This document shows positions 29,936 to 41,300 of a stretch of DNA of 64,000 bases, piece by piece (the first letter of the stretch is position 1; each line of letters opens with the position of its first letter). Location of the stretch: assembly GCA_000091205.1 (NCBI GenBank), contig AP006494.2, one strand, 5' to 3'. The notes below the pieces were generated by a model, which did not search any database, was not told where the DNA came from, and saw only the letters and a list, made by a program, of their open reading frames with translations. Source of the stretch: Cyanidioschyzon merolae. Its lineage: Eukaryota. The translations under genes and the position numbers were made by a program.

Positions 29936-32410
29936 TTGCCAGCGCTGTTGTGTCTCAGTCCACGCGGTCCGGCCTGGTGGGAAACCGAGGGTGCACGTAC
30001 GTCACGCAAGGGCCTCTCGAGGGACACGGTTTCACTGCCGGTACCCTGGGGTCCCGTACGCGGGCGCTTGATGCCGTCAGCTCTCGATGCGCTCGCTGAG
30101 GCTGCAGTACTACAATCTATAGAGAGCAACAACGCGTCAGTTTCGTCGGATGTCAAGAAGCCGGTAGTCTGGGTGGACCCCCAGCGAACAAGCGATGTGA
30201 CTCGTGAGTGCACGACGTCGAACGCAGCGTCCACCGGGGGTTCAGGGCTTGCCTCCAGCGACGGCACTGCGACCGCTGTGAACTCGGACTTGAATCAGCG
30301 GGAGACGTCGCGCGTACCCGAGCGAACAGTCGTGGACGCAGAGCAGCAACAACACCAGCAAATCATTGGAACATTGTGCCAGTTGCGGAACGAGTCCATA
30401 CAGAAGTTTGATTCAGACAGTTACGCGCGTCAGAAGCACTCGTATTCGGAAAAACAATGTACGACAGATGCTGATAGTACGGGGCAGAGTTTCCTCGCGC
30501 AGGTGAAGCAAGAGCCACCGAGGGACGCGAACGCCGCAGTATGTATGCAGAGCAACCGTGAGCGGGCACTGCAAGCTGCACTAGCGTTCGGCTTTCGTGA
30601 CAAAGACGGCGAAATCACCCGCTGTCCCTGCGGAAGCAGCGCTTACCAGGGCTTTATGCTGGCCTGCGAGTCTTGCGGTGTCTGGCAGCACGGAAAATGC
30701 ATGGGTATTCGCCGCGCGGCAGATGCGCCTGATCAGTATTTCTGCGAATTGTGTCGCCCGGATCTTGTTCGTCAGCAATGCGTTATTTACGTAAGCAGTG
30801 CGACCGAACCGTCAAAGAAGAAGAAAAGCTCTCGGGGAAAGCGACCGGCGACAGAGAAAGCAAACAGTACGGACAGCAAGAGCACAAGTGGTCGTAGCGG
30901 GGCTAGTGCCGCCACAGCGCCAGCCGGTTCATTCGCTGCGAATGATCACGACAAGCCGGAAACGAACACCAGCGCTGCATCGGTTATGCAACGCACGTCA
31001 GAGAGCACTGACGTGTCGTCGATGACAAACCATTGCGCGGATGATGGAAGACCAGCAGTATGGTCCTCCGTCGACGGCAAGAAACCCGATGATATCGACA
31101 GCGGCAGTGGAAAAACAGAGACGAGTGCGCTGCTGGAAACGGAGCACAACTCCCCGAGACGCTCGCGCCACACAGCGCCGAAGACGACCACACCGGCGTT
31201 GAGCCCTCCGGTGCAGTCACGGACAGACCCGCAGACACCATCTTTGTTGTTTCCACAGTCGCCTGGCGGAAGTCTTAGCCGGGAGGAGCGGAAACTGCAG
31301 CATATCTTACAGCAATTCCAGCGCATGGAGGCGGAGGAAGAACGTCGGCGCCGTCGCGAGGCCGAGCAACACAACGTCCATGTGGAGCGGAGCCCCGGTG
31401 AAGGCAACCGCGGCACTAGCGGTTGCGGTAGCGCAACCGACTCAAGCACCGCCATGACAACAGCAACGACTGGCGTCCATGTGGAGCGTGCCCCAGTGAG
31501 TCCCAGGAAGTCAGCGCGTTCTGAACACGAAGCGAAGCGTGCACGTGGACCAGCGCGCGTGGGACGTAACCCAGGAGCGCCTTCCCCAGGTCAGGGTCTC
31601 GTGACGCATCACTGGGAAGAAACGGAGACTACATCGAGCAATGAGAGAATCGAGTCGCACGAGCGCCCGTCGTCGCCAACGCGTCAGTCGGAGCGCTCGC
31701 CTACGGTCGCATCTGCGGGTTCCGCAGCGGCAGCACCGGAGCATCCGAATAGTGCTTCCGTCGAGCTACCTGGCAGTAAGCGCGGAGCTACCCGTGGACA
31801 TTTAGCATCGGCATCGGAGAGTGATTCGAACGCTGGGAATCCGGTCCACCTGAGAATCCCCTTGCCCGCGAGCTTGTCGGCTTCTTTGCTGGGCAATATC
31901 TATGTCACCTGCGCACCGACAGATGCGACACCCGGAGATACCTACTCCAGTTCATCGTCGATGCAAATCGCTGCACCGCGAGCGTCCCCACTAGCCAGGG
32001 GAAGCTGGCTCTCGTTCCAGCCGAAGCAAAGCTCTCCCGAGGGCGGCGGATTCCTGCCGAGCGACCCGGCTGCCGAGACTCCGCACAGTGCGCGCTTTGG
32101 AAAGAAGCTATGGCTACTGCACCAACACTATCGCGAGCAGCTGGCATGTCTGGTCGATCACTCAGCCAGCAGCAGCAGCAGCAGCATCAGCAGCAGCACC
32201 AGCACCGGCAGTAGTGCCGGCCCCAGCGTTGCACCGACACTCGACTCGCTTCCCGATCATCTGGAACATTTGCGCATTCGAGTGCAACAGGCCTCTCGTT
32301 ATCCGGACGATATCCTCTACGCCTTTTTACCCGTCAAAAAGAAGACTGCGGCAGCGTTCCGGCTCGCAGACCACCCGGTCACGGTACCAGCACCCGACTC
32401 GCTATCGTAG
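29936..32410 (+). CDS. PHD-finger protein, about 824 aa, largely low-complexity
   Basis: One canonical PHD finger (CPCGSSAYQGFMLACESCGVWQHGKCMGIRRAADAPDQYFCELCRP) sits in a long Ser/Ala/Thr/Arg-rich ORF with host codon usage. The C-terminus has a poly-Ser run and a conserved-looking tail (LEHLRIRVQQASRYPDDILYAFLPVKKK). Confidence 0.55.
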   Translation: MPALLCLSPRGPAWWETEGARTSRKGLSRDTVSLPVPWGPVRGRLMPSALDALAEAAVLQSIESNNASVSSDVKKPVVWVDPQRTSDVTRECTTSNAASTGGSGLASSDGTATAVNSDLNQRETSRVPERTVVDAEQQQHQQIIGTLCQLRNESIQKFDSDSYARQKHSYSEKQCTTDADSTGQSFLAQVKQEPPRDANAAVCMQSNRERALQAALAFGFRDKDGEITRCPCGSSAYQGFMLACESCGVWQHGKCMGIRRAADAPDQYFCELCRPDLVRQQCVIYVSSATEPSKKKKSSRGKRPATEKANSTDSKSTSGRSGASAATAPAGSFAANDHDKPETNTSAASVMQRTSESTDVSSMTNHCADDGRPAVWSSVDGKKPDDIDSGSGKTETSALLETEHNSPRRSRHTAPKTTTPALSPPVQSRTDPQTPSLLFPQSPGGSLSREERKLQHILQQFQRMEAEEERRRRREAEQHNVHVERSPGEGNRGTSGCGSATDSSTAMTTATTGVHVERAPVSPRKSARSEHEAKRARGPARVGRNPGAPSPGQGLVTHHWEETETTSSNERIESHERPSSPTRQSERSPTVASAGSAAAAPEHPNSASVELPGSKRGATRGHLASASESDSNAGNPVHLRIPLPASLSASLLGNIYVTCAPTDATPGDTYSSSSSMQIAAPRASPLARGSWLSFQPKQSSPEGGGFLPSDPAAETPHSARFGKKLWLLHQHYREQLACLVDHSASSSSSSISSSTSTGSSAGPSVAPTLDSLPDHLEHLRIRVQQASRYPDDILYAFLPVKKKTAAAFRLADHPVTVPAPDSLS

Positions 32411-32945
32411 TTGACGGGTATGGGGCTACTTGGGCATCCTGAACGATAGCAACTTTTGCGTACCCTTAAACTTGGTTCAGCTTTGCGTCGCTGTCACTCG
32501 CTGTGCAGTATAGTGCGCATGCTTCCCCAGACGCGTTAAATAAGCAAGCAAGCGAGCAAGCAACACTCGAATAGTCACGATCGCACGTGTGCAAGCGGTT
32601 GCGTCAACATTCAGAAACCCCAGCTCGGGTTTTTATATGATGTTCGTGCTCGCGTTGAAAGCGCTCGTTTCACGTCAACCGACCTCGGCAGCGAAGCGCG
32701 CTTCAGTCCCCAAGCCCACTCGTACTCAGCCATTCATCCAACTCATCGTGTTTGCTAAGGACTACCGACGTAGAAACGACACTGATTCCATAGCGATCCG
32801 CATCTTCTGGTCACGAATCGTGGCACTGAGTCAAAGAAAGCACACTCGAGCTGCTGGAAGCGAAACGTACCGGGTGCTGTTGTCCTCAGAGGCTTGGGCG
32901 CGTGCGTAGCGACCGCTCAACAACCCCTGTTTCTTCTCCTTCTTC

Positions 32946-35900
32946 TTGGATGCTGCTGGACAGCCGTTCCACTCAATTCACAATCCGAACTCGTTTGTTC
33001 GTTTGTTGGAGTGCATGAATGACGCGCTTTATTTTCTCTACCAGCATACGAGTAGCTTTGAAAAGTTAACGGACTATGAACCAGCGGTGCTGGTCGAGGC
33101 GTCACCACTGGAGCCGTACCAGACCCTGGCTCCAGCGGACGTCGAGCTGGACTTTGCTGTACTGGTTCCCGAGGCTTGTGCTCGGCTCTGGGGCTGGCCA
33201 CGAAACACCCTTGTCTCGGTAAACGGTAAACACTGGGCGTATGTGGAACTCGTAGAAAGCGAGGTGCAGCATTCGACGCAACCGGCACAGGTCTGGTTGA
33301 CGCAACCGCTCTGGTGGACGCTGCACCACAGCGACGACGACGATGAGGTACCGTGTCCAACGACTCGTCGTTGCTGGTTGAGTCTCCGTCAAGCAGCGCG
33401 TTATGAACCGATCCGCTGGCGACTAGGAAGCGTGCCGGCGACTCGGGTCGTTGCGGAAGCAGTTCCTCGCGCAAAGCGTGTACGCGTGGCGGTCATCAAC
33501 GACGGTAGGATCAGGGACCTCGACGCTGAGGTCGCATCAGCGCTCGTACAAGCGGCATTTCGTCGATTCATAACCGAACGAGCACCTCATAGACCGCTCT
33601 TGCTCAAGGTCGGGGATGTGCTGGCGGTGCCGTTGCCCGCCTTTGCTGAGCCCGAACGGCAAGCGCAGACTCGCGCGGACTCCAGTGAGGTGCCCTGTCG
33701 AGCCGCTGCACCAGGCACGGAATTCGTGCAGCACTCGCTTACCAGCTGGTTCGAGTCCATTCATCGCCCGGTATTCTATACACGGGTTATGGCGGTGGAT
33801 GCTGACGATGACGCTGCTGCCTCGGTATCGACGTCGTCACTGCAGAAGATCGTCAGCGACCTCGGTGCAGCTGTCGATGCCGATCGAACTCGACTGCTGC
33901 AGGAGGCGCACCTTCCCGGACAGACTGTCTATCCGCTGCGGAATCGTTGGCATCTCCGAGCTCGAGCCTGGGAGAGAATGCTCTTCGAGCAGGCACTGGA
34001 GCCGCTGAACAAGTTGAAACAGGTGCTGGACGCGAGCCTCGCATGGATGCGTTCACCGGGTAGCGAGTCGAGCAGCAAGCGGGGTGCCCCAGGCCCACCG
34101 CTCTCCGTTTTGGCGGTGCTCGTGTATGGAAATCGGCCACTTCAGACGTTGTGGACGTGTTTGCAGGAACTGAATGCCTGGGGTATGCATTTATGTGAAA
34201 TCGATTGCGCACTGCTAATGCCGGCAGGTGTCGCAGACCGGACACCCGCGAGCGCTTCCAACTCGAGGGCGACGGCAACGCTGGACCCGTGGCAAACGCT
34301 GTTAGCTCATTTGCGACTGGCAGAGGAGCGGTGGCGAGACGCCTGGCCTGCTGTCCTGTTTCTGTCTCGCTTTGACGTTCTGGTGCGACTTGTATCACCG
34401 GGCGCTTTGGAGCAGGGCGTCAACGTGGAGGTGCAACGCGCACTGCTGGCAACGCTGCGGCGTCTGCTGGGCGATCGCACCTGGTACATAGACACGGCAA
34501 GCGTAGGTAGCAGCTCGACGAAGCCACCGCTGACCCGTTCGGTGTCCGGAGTGGTGCATCACGGAATGCGCTCAGAGACGGTAAGTGGACAGGTTAGGCG
34601 CTGGTTGGTGTTTGTGGATGTTTCAGCGACGACGTTGACGCCGGCGGATTTGCCTGCATCCTTGCGGGGTTTACTGACCGCTGCTTTGGAGACGCCTCCA
34701 GTGACGCGGTTGGAAGTTGTACGGGCGCTTGAGCGTACGCTGGTGCATGAATTGGGCACCAGCATTCCGTTTGGCGACGCTTTCCGCCGCAGACTGGGGG
34801 CAGCGCTTGCCGATATCCAGACCTGGAGAGAGTCGGAAGCGTTGGCCTTGCTTCGGCGTTTGGCGGGTCGTTTGCAGGTGGCCTCTGTGAACGGCACCCC
34901 GGCGCCAGGCGATATCGAGCAGTACATTACGTTGGTTGCTGATAGTGCGCGCTTCTTCCAGCGGATGCGAATGGCGGTTACTGTGGGGATTCCCAGTGTA
35001 CCACAGGTCCGCTGGACCGATATCGGTGGACTCGAGGCCGCCAAGGAGGAAGTCCGCACCCTCTTGGGATCAGGTCCGGGATTCTCGTCGTCGTCGTCGT
35101 CAGCAGCAGCAGCAGCAGCGGGGAGACGGCTACCTCGTCGATCAGGGATTCTGTTTTACGGACCTCCGGGGACGGGTAAAACGCTGTTGGCCAAGGCGAT
35201 AGCAAGCGCGTGCGGATGTGCATTTATTAGTGTCAAGGGACCCGAACTCATGAATATGTATATTGGCGAAAGCGAGCGGAATATTCGGGAGATTTTCACG
35301 AGAGCCCGACAAAGCGCGCCTTGTGTCATTTTCTTTGACGAACTCGATAGCATTGCGCCTCGACGGGGTGCTGGCAGTGACTCGGGAGGCGTCTCTGATC
35401 GCATGGTTGCCCAGCTGCTCGCGGAAATCGATGCTTGTCAGATGAGCAGTCGTCCAGGTCGACTTGCATCCGTGGCAACGGTGCTTGGGGCAGCCGTCGA
35501 TGATGCAGCAGCAGCAGCAGCAGCAGTGGATACGTCGGCTTCGCGGCCCACAGCGGCGGTATTTGTCCTTGGTGCTACCAATCGACCCGATTTGTTGGAT
35601 CCAGCGCTCTTACGACCTGGTCGCTTCGAGCGCTTGGTATATATCGGTGCCCCGTCGACGATGGCGGAGAAGCTTCAGGTCTTGGAAGCGCTCACCTCGA
35701 AGTTTCAGCTCGCACCGGATGTGGATCTCCAGCAGGTTCTTGCTTCTGCACCTCCCGTGCTCACTGGAGCAGACCTGTACGGGCTTGCGGCGCAGGCGTG
35801 GGTACGTGCTGCAAAACGAACCCTTGCTGAAAGCACGCTCGGAAATGCGTACAGGGACCTCATGAAACGACTTGTTGGTGACAGCGACCAGCGCGGTAGT

Positions 35901-36239
35901 TCAGAGGCCGCATCGAATGGTGCTACCACTGCCACTGCTGCTGCTGCTGAAACTACTGGAGATGCTGCGACATCGACCAGGTTGTCTACGACGTCCGCAA
36001 ACGGTAGCGAGCCGGTATCTAGCGTCGCAGACGCCTCCTCGGAGACCGTAACACCGCTGGTGATCGTACGGCAGGAGGATTTGCTGGAAGCAGCGCTTCA
36101 AGCGACCAGCTCAGTGAGTTCCACGGACCTGCAGCGCTACCGGGAGCTGTTTGAGCGCTTTACCACCTCGAATCGAAACGATGTTGCCTCATGGGATGGG
36201 AACCTGGATGCCGTCACCGCCACCGCGACGCAACCCTGA
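32946..36239 (+). CDS. PEX1/PEX6-family type II AAA ATPase (peroxin-like), 1097 aa
   Basis: Divergent N-terminal half with a degenerate D1 domain. Canonical D2 AAA module: GILFYGPPGTGKTLLAKAIASACGCAFISVKGPELMNMYIGESERNIREIFTRARQSAPCVIFFDELDSIAPRRGAGSDSGGVSDRMVAQLLAEID...VLGATNRPDLLDPALLRPGRFERLVYIG, nearly collinear with PEX1/PEX6 D2. A poly-Ala/Asp insert lies between sensor regions. Confidence 0.75.
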   Translation: MDAAGQPFHSIHNPNSFVRLLECMNDALYFLYQHTSSFEKLTDYEPAVLVEASPLEPYQTLAPADVELDFAVLVPEACARLWGWPRNTLVSVNGKHWAYVELVESEVQHSTQPAQVWLTQPLWWTLHHSDDDDEVPCPTTRRCWLSLRQAARYEPIRWRLGSVPATRVVAEAVPRAKRVRVAVINDGRIRDLDAEVASALVQAAFRRFITERAPHRPLLLKVGDVLAVPLPAFAEPERQAQTRADSSEVPCRAAAPGTEFVQHSLTSWFESIHRPVFYTRVMAVDADDDAAASVSTSSLQKIVSDLGAAVDADRTRLLQEAHLPGQTVYPLRNRWHLRARAWERMLFEQALEPLNKLKQVLDASLAWMRSPGSESSSKRGAPGPPLSVLAVLVYGNRPLQTLWTCLQELNAWGMHLCEIDCALLMPAGVADRTPASASNSRATATLDPWQTLLAHLRLAEERWRDAWPAVLFLSRFDVLVRLVSPGALEQGVNVEVQRALLATLRRLLGDRTWYIDTASVGSSSTKPPLTRSVSGVVHHGMRSETVSGQVRRWLVFVDVSATTLTPADLPASLRGLLTAALETPPVTRLEVVRALERTLVHELGTSIPFGDAFRRRLGAALADIQTWRESEALALLRRLAGRLQVASVNGTPAPGDIEQYITLVADSARFFQRMRMAVTVGIPSVPQVRWTDIGGLEAAKEEVRTLLGSGPGFSSSSSSAAAAAAGRRLPRRSGILFYGPPGTGKTLLAKAIASACGCAFISVKGPELMNMYIGESERNIREIFTRARQSAPCVIFFDELDSIAPRRGAGSDSGGVSDRMVAQLLAEIDACQMSSRPGRLASVATVLGAAVDDAAAAAAAVDTSASRPTAAVFVLGATNRPDLLDPALLRPGRFERLVYIGAPSTMAEKLQVLEALTSKFQLAPDVDLQQVLASAPPVLTGADLYGLAAQAWVRAAKRTLAESTLGNAYRDLMKRLVGDSDQRGSSEAASNGATTATAAAAETTGDAATSTRLSTTSANGSEPVSSVADASSETVTPLVIVRQEDLLEAALQATSSVSSTDLQRYRELFERFTTSNRNDVASWDGNLDAVTATATQP

Positions 36240-38395
36240 ATATGCGTCCAGCTGAGAGTCCGGAGCGTTCTGGGCGAACACTCCGGATGACTCAATGCAC
36301 GGCGATGGACGTGGTGCGCTCGCTGCTGACTTGTCGCTCACGCAGCAGCGACAAGTCACGAGAAAACCCTCCATGAACGCACTGCATGATACTCGCGGAA
36401 TCGAGGCCAGCAACTGCGGTCTGGTATCGTTTGGCTAGTGCGCGCTGCTGCCCGCTCTTGCGTCTTCTCCCGTGGGTTACACTCGTATCCGATGAACATG
36501 GGAGAATAAACAGCCCGCCCGGTACCTGCCTAGCCACGGGGTTTTGGGCTTGTGTCGATGTACAGATTGCCTAGTCGAGGTGCAGCGATAATGTATCACG
36601 GATTCACGTGTTTTTCTAGGATTCTGAATCGACTCTGCATGGTTCCATTGACGTTTTTCTCCATATCTTCGATCGTTCCGTTCGAGAGCAACGCTTAGGC
36701 GCAGTCACAAGCGCTGCTGGATCGTCGAGTATCCATGATCGACGTCATTTTCTGAGGCTTGCTTCATACGATCATGTCAGCGGATCACTGAACATGTTAC
36801 GATGAATCATTGATCCGCCTCGAAAGGCCAATGAATCGGTATTCGTGGCCATGCAGCAGGAGCAGCAGTGGGATACTTTGCATACACCATGCATCCGGAG
36901 GCTCCCGTCTCTTCTGGTTGCATAGAAATGGGCCTTGGAGTTTCATCTTCGCAGCAACGGTGTTTCGTGGAGCGTTCGTCAACGCTCTGGATGACGGGGC
37001 ATAGACGGATCGAATTCGTCGATTGCTTCTCCAATCTGGATTTTACGTGCGGTACTCGTTTCATCGTGGACAACATCGCGTTTCGTGATTGCTTTGTCGA
37101 ATGGAACAGCGTGCACATGCGTCTCCGGTAGACAGCGTACTCGCACTGGGAATCGTCAAGCACGAGCTTGTGATCCCCCGGTGTCTGGCATTGTGTGCAG
37201 CAGCAACGGAAACCAGCATCAAATTGTATCACCTGTATGTGTCAAGGGCATGTACCGAGCGATGAAGCAAGCATGGACGCGCCGCAGTGCTCCAACCGGA
37301 CCAAGAGGTGTGATATTCATTCGGGGAACCGGTAACCGCTGTGAAATGTCACCGCTTTGAGACGCGCGCTAAACCTGCATACAAAGACAGCGTGATCCCC
37401 GGGGAAGCGAAGCGTAGATCGACATGACGCGCTGCGCGTGAAACGCTCGAACAACATCCCAAAGTGGCGACACACGAAGCTGGAGCGCCAAGAGCAACCA
37501 GCACATATAAAGCCGCAGAAACGAGTGAGGACAAGGACGCAGTCTCAGATCAAGCATGCCAACACTGGTGTACACCACGATAATGAACGACGAGACGCAA
37601 TCTTAAGCGTCGACGCTCGAGTCAGAGGAGCATCTCCACGCAACGCGGACACGGGGTGCAGGACTAGGAATCCGATCTACAGTAGAGATCGAGCCAGCGA
37701 ACTGTACCTCGGTAGCGTACCCATATCACCTGATGCTTTCGAGTTGGTACAGCTTACCGAATCACGAGCAATCTCTTAGGATGGTATGCTGCAGCTATGC
37801 GGTGCGTCGACGCCGCGCCCCCGAACGCAGTACCCCGACAGACGGCCAAGCACAGGCGCGTGTTTCTCTCCGGGTAGGTTTGCGTCTTGGCATATAAGAC
37901 GCGATCAGGGCCAAGTCTAGGTAACGGAGCGTACATCCGTTTTCGATGCTATCGAGTACAACGTGTCCAAATGGACACATGATTCCCGCAGATGACGCGC
38001 AACTGGGACACTGATGAATACGAGCGGCCGGCCTGATGCTCCCGCAAGGCGCCACGCTTCCGACAACTCGCTTTCGTATGCGCAAGCACGCGCGCATGCA
38101 CCCTTTCAACACCCTGGAGCGCCATACCCGCCTCCATACGCCCGAGTGATGCTCCAAAGCGCCGCCTTGCCTCATCTCTACTGCACGCTTCGTCATCCGG
38201 TGCAGTGCGCCTCCAATATCGTGCGACGGTAGGCGCAGAGAAAGCGCCAGTGATCGCTGGCAAACACCAGCGCGCCGTTCCCTGTGGACGCACCACACAC
38301 TGCCGCTCGACAACGTTACCTCCATAATGCTGAGCTGCAGCCGCATCGATGGAGGCATCTCGAATCCCGGTGTGCATCCGCGCCTGTACAACGGA

Positions 38396-41300
38396 TCATT
38401 TGCGTCGCTCAGCATCGCGTATGACGTGGAGCGGCGATTCGACGAGAGCGGCAACATGCCAGAGTAACCGATGCGAGACGGTGCTCGCGAGCTCCTGCTT
38501 TGTCCATCCATCGCCGGTACCCGCGCTTGCAGCGGATTCGTCTCCAGGGGATGTTGTGAGCAGGCGCAGGCTCGTGGCACTAGCACGCTGCATAGCGTCG
38601 AGGTTCGCGTCTCGTCCGGTGCCGGACTCGAGAACCTGAACCAGTGCCGCCGACAATACGCCGATAAGGGCCAAAAATTCCGCAGCCCAGGGAATCGCTT
38701 CCTCTGTCGACTGCGACGACTCGGAGTCAGCATCGCGAACGTGCATCATTGCGGCTTCGCGTTCAGTGTACAGCCAGCAGCCCAAACCGTGGAGCAACAC
38801 AAGATCTTGAGCGTTCTCCACTGACAGGACGCGCCAGCGAAGGAAAATATACAGGATCCAAAGCGCCAGCAGTTGCACGCGACTGAACGGCGGTGCGTTC
38901 CAGAGGATTCGCAGCCAGAAACACCACGGCGATGCGGCGGGCTCGCCGCCAGCCACCGCACCCGTCACGACTCGCAGCGCGTGGAGCGTGGACGCACGTC
39001 GGACGGTGCTCGCAGCGCCAATGATCGCTACGAAACCCAGGCAACCGACAAGCACGAGTTCCTGGCACGGCGAGCGAGCATCGTGATCCTGTCCGCTGAC
39101 CTGCTGCAGCCAGGATGCGACACTGCGTCCCATGTGACCTAGATACGCACTGGCGCGTTCTGCAGCATCGCCAGCATCAGCGTCGGTCTGCACCAGCGTC
39201 AACGCCAACGCCTGCATCGCGGAGAGCGCGGATAGCAGGTCTGCAGGTCCGAGTGCGTACTCGCTGGCAGCAAGTTCGCACAGATGCGCAGCAAGATCGC
39301 TTCGAGACGATACCAGTTGAGAAGTGCCCGCCGGGTGTGCAGCGCGGCGAACGCGCTGCCGCAGCTCATCCCAGAGCAGTGCACCAGCAACCCGAACCAG
39401 TGCCATACGCCTCGCGTAATCCTGTCGATGCAGGGTGTCGGGTACCTGCAGCGGTCTCGCGTCCGGTGCTCCCGGTCTATCCAGTGACGCGTGCAACCCA
39501 CTGAGAAGCCAAGGTAGTACTTGGCTTCGATGGATTGCATCCATGAGCGCTTGTGTTTCGGAGGCGTTCGGGCACTGGCCTGGCAGCGACCTGAACCACG
39601 CATCGGCGAACTGAACGAAGCGAGCGCGATCGTTGGTACGCAGCGTCAGCAACAGCACCTGGCGCCAGTGCCGCCATGGCGCCGCTCGCTGACGAATCGC
39701 AGCAGCGATCGCGTGAACGCGCCAGCTTTCCGAGACCGCTTCCGTGGCCTCGGATGACGTTGCCATCATCCATTCGTGCAGCGGCACCTGCTCGAGCAGC
39801 CACGACACAAGGTTCACCGGCAAGCGACTACCTGCCCAATGCATCCACAGAAAAATGACGTTGTCTTTCCAGGTCGTTTGCGCGGACTGTCCGCGCACCT
39901 CTGTACCTGGAAACAGATCTGCGCTGGTCTCTGGCATTCGCGATACGCTGAGCGCATCCAGCCAGTCGAAGAGTTCCGGTTGCCGACCAGCGAAGCATTT
40001 GTGGAAGCGCTGGCTACCTGTTGGCTGCGCGAGGACGGAACGCACAGCTTGGCGAGCGCGCTTCTCCAGAAGCGTCCGCTGAACCTGCGCATACCAGGCA
40101 AGTGGTGTGCACGGAACCGATGGACTCGACGCCGCAGTGTATCCCAGCAAGGTCCGCATCGCTGCCAACGACTCGACCAGCGCCTCGCCGGTCACGAATG
40201 ACGAGGCAGCGTCGCCCGTGGACGCGTCGTCGTCGTCGTCGTCGTGTAGCAGTACACGCCTTGGCGTCCTTGCTTCGTCTTCCGAGCACACCACCGGTAG
40301 CACTGCTTCGTAACGAATGCACGGCAGATTGCAAAGGCATCGCATCAAGGAATGCAGCACGGAAGCAATGGCCGGCAGCAGCTCTGTTCTGGACGGCTCC
40401 GTGTGCAGCGCCAGGAACGAGATGCGCCACAGCAGTATTGGATGCTGGGCAGCGCGAATCAGACGATGGCATTCTTCGAGATTCTTTCCGAGCGGTTGCA
40501 GGATTGGCCAGATCCGGATGAGCCACCAGCACCAGAGCCGCGGCGCGACGCTCGTCTGTGCGCATGAAAATACGTGGTTGTTGTTGTTGTCGTCGTCGTC
40601 GCCGCCGACATCACCACCAGCACCACCATCACCATCATCATCAACAATGTCGTCATGCTGGTCGTCGTCGTCGTCGTCGACTGCTGGCATCCGACCGGTG
40701 GCGTGGCGTTCACGGACTCGACGCTGGTGCTCGCGGTGTCGCGTGCTGGCTGCCGGAGACGGGCCCTGCTCGCCGCTAGCGTCGAGCGCAGTCACGGTAC
40801 CAGTGTCCGCGAATCCACTCGCTTCGACGGCTGCGCGATGGAGCACGCAAGTCGGCAGCGTCTCAACGATAAACGAGCGAGCAAGCGCAGCGCTCCCGGA
40901 AGCAGCGGACGCAACTTGTGCTGCGCTCTCAACCAGGTCGCGGAACTTGTCGCATGCGTACAAGGTCTCCAACAAAGATCTCCCCTGATCAGCACCGATA
41001 CCACGTTGCAGTTGCTGGAGCAGGCACGACGCAAAAACCCTTTCCTGGTCGGCTGCCGGGCACCTGGTGCATTCGGCGATGCGCAGGCGCTGGGCCAAGG
41101 CTCCGAACATCCCGCGCAGCGCGTGCCTGATGGGCGCCGAGCATCCGATGCCGGCGCGCTGCCGCTGTTGGGACAAGTCGCTCACCAGTGCCGCAAACTG
41201 GCGAATGACCTGTTCGTGACAGGGTATGCCTGTAGTCTTGACCAGTTTTCGGAGCACGGTCAGCAGTTCGAGCAGAAATCGCGATTGCTGTTGGTGCACG

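Noticed and set aside
37795-38733. 312-aa minus-strand ORF overlapping the 3' end of the 1586-aa gene in another frame
   Set aside because: It overlaps a strongly supported long ORF out of frame and has a low-complexity Arg/Ser-rich composition. It is most likely a shadow ORF; a similar case is 15727..16443 overlapping the start of the 16102 gene.
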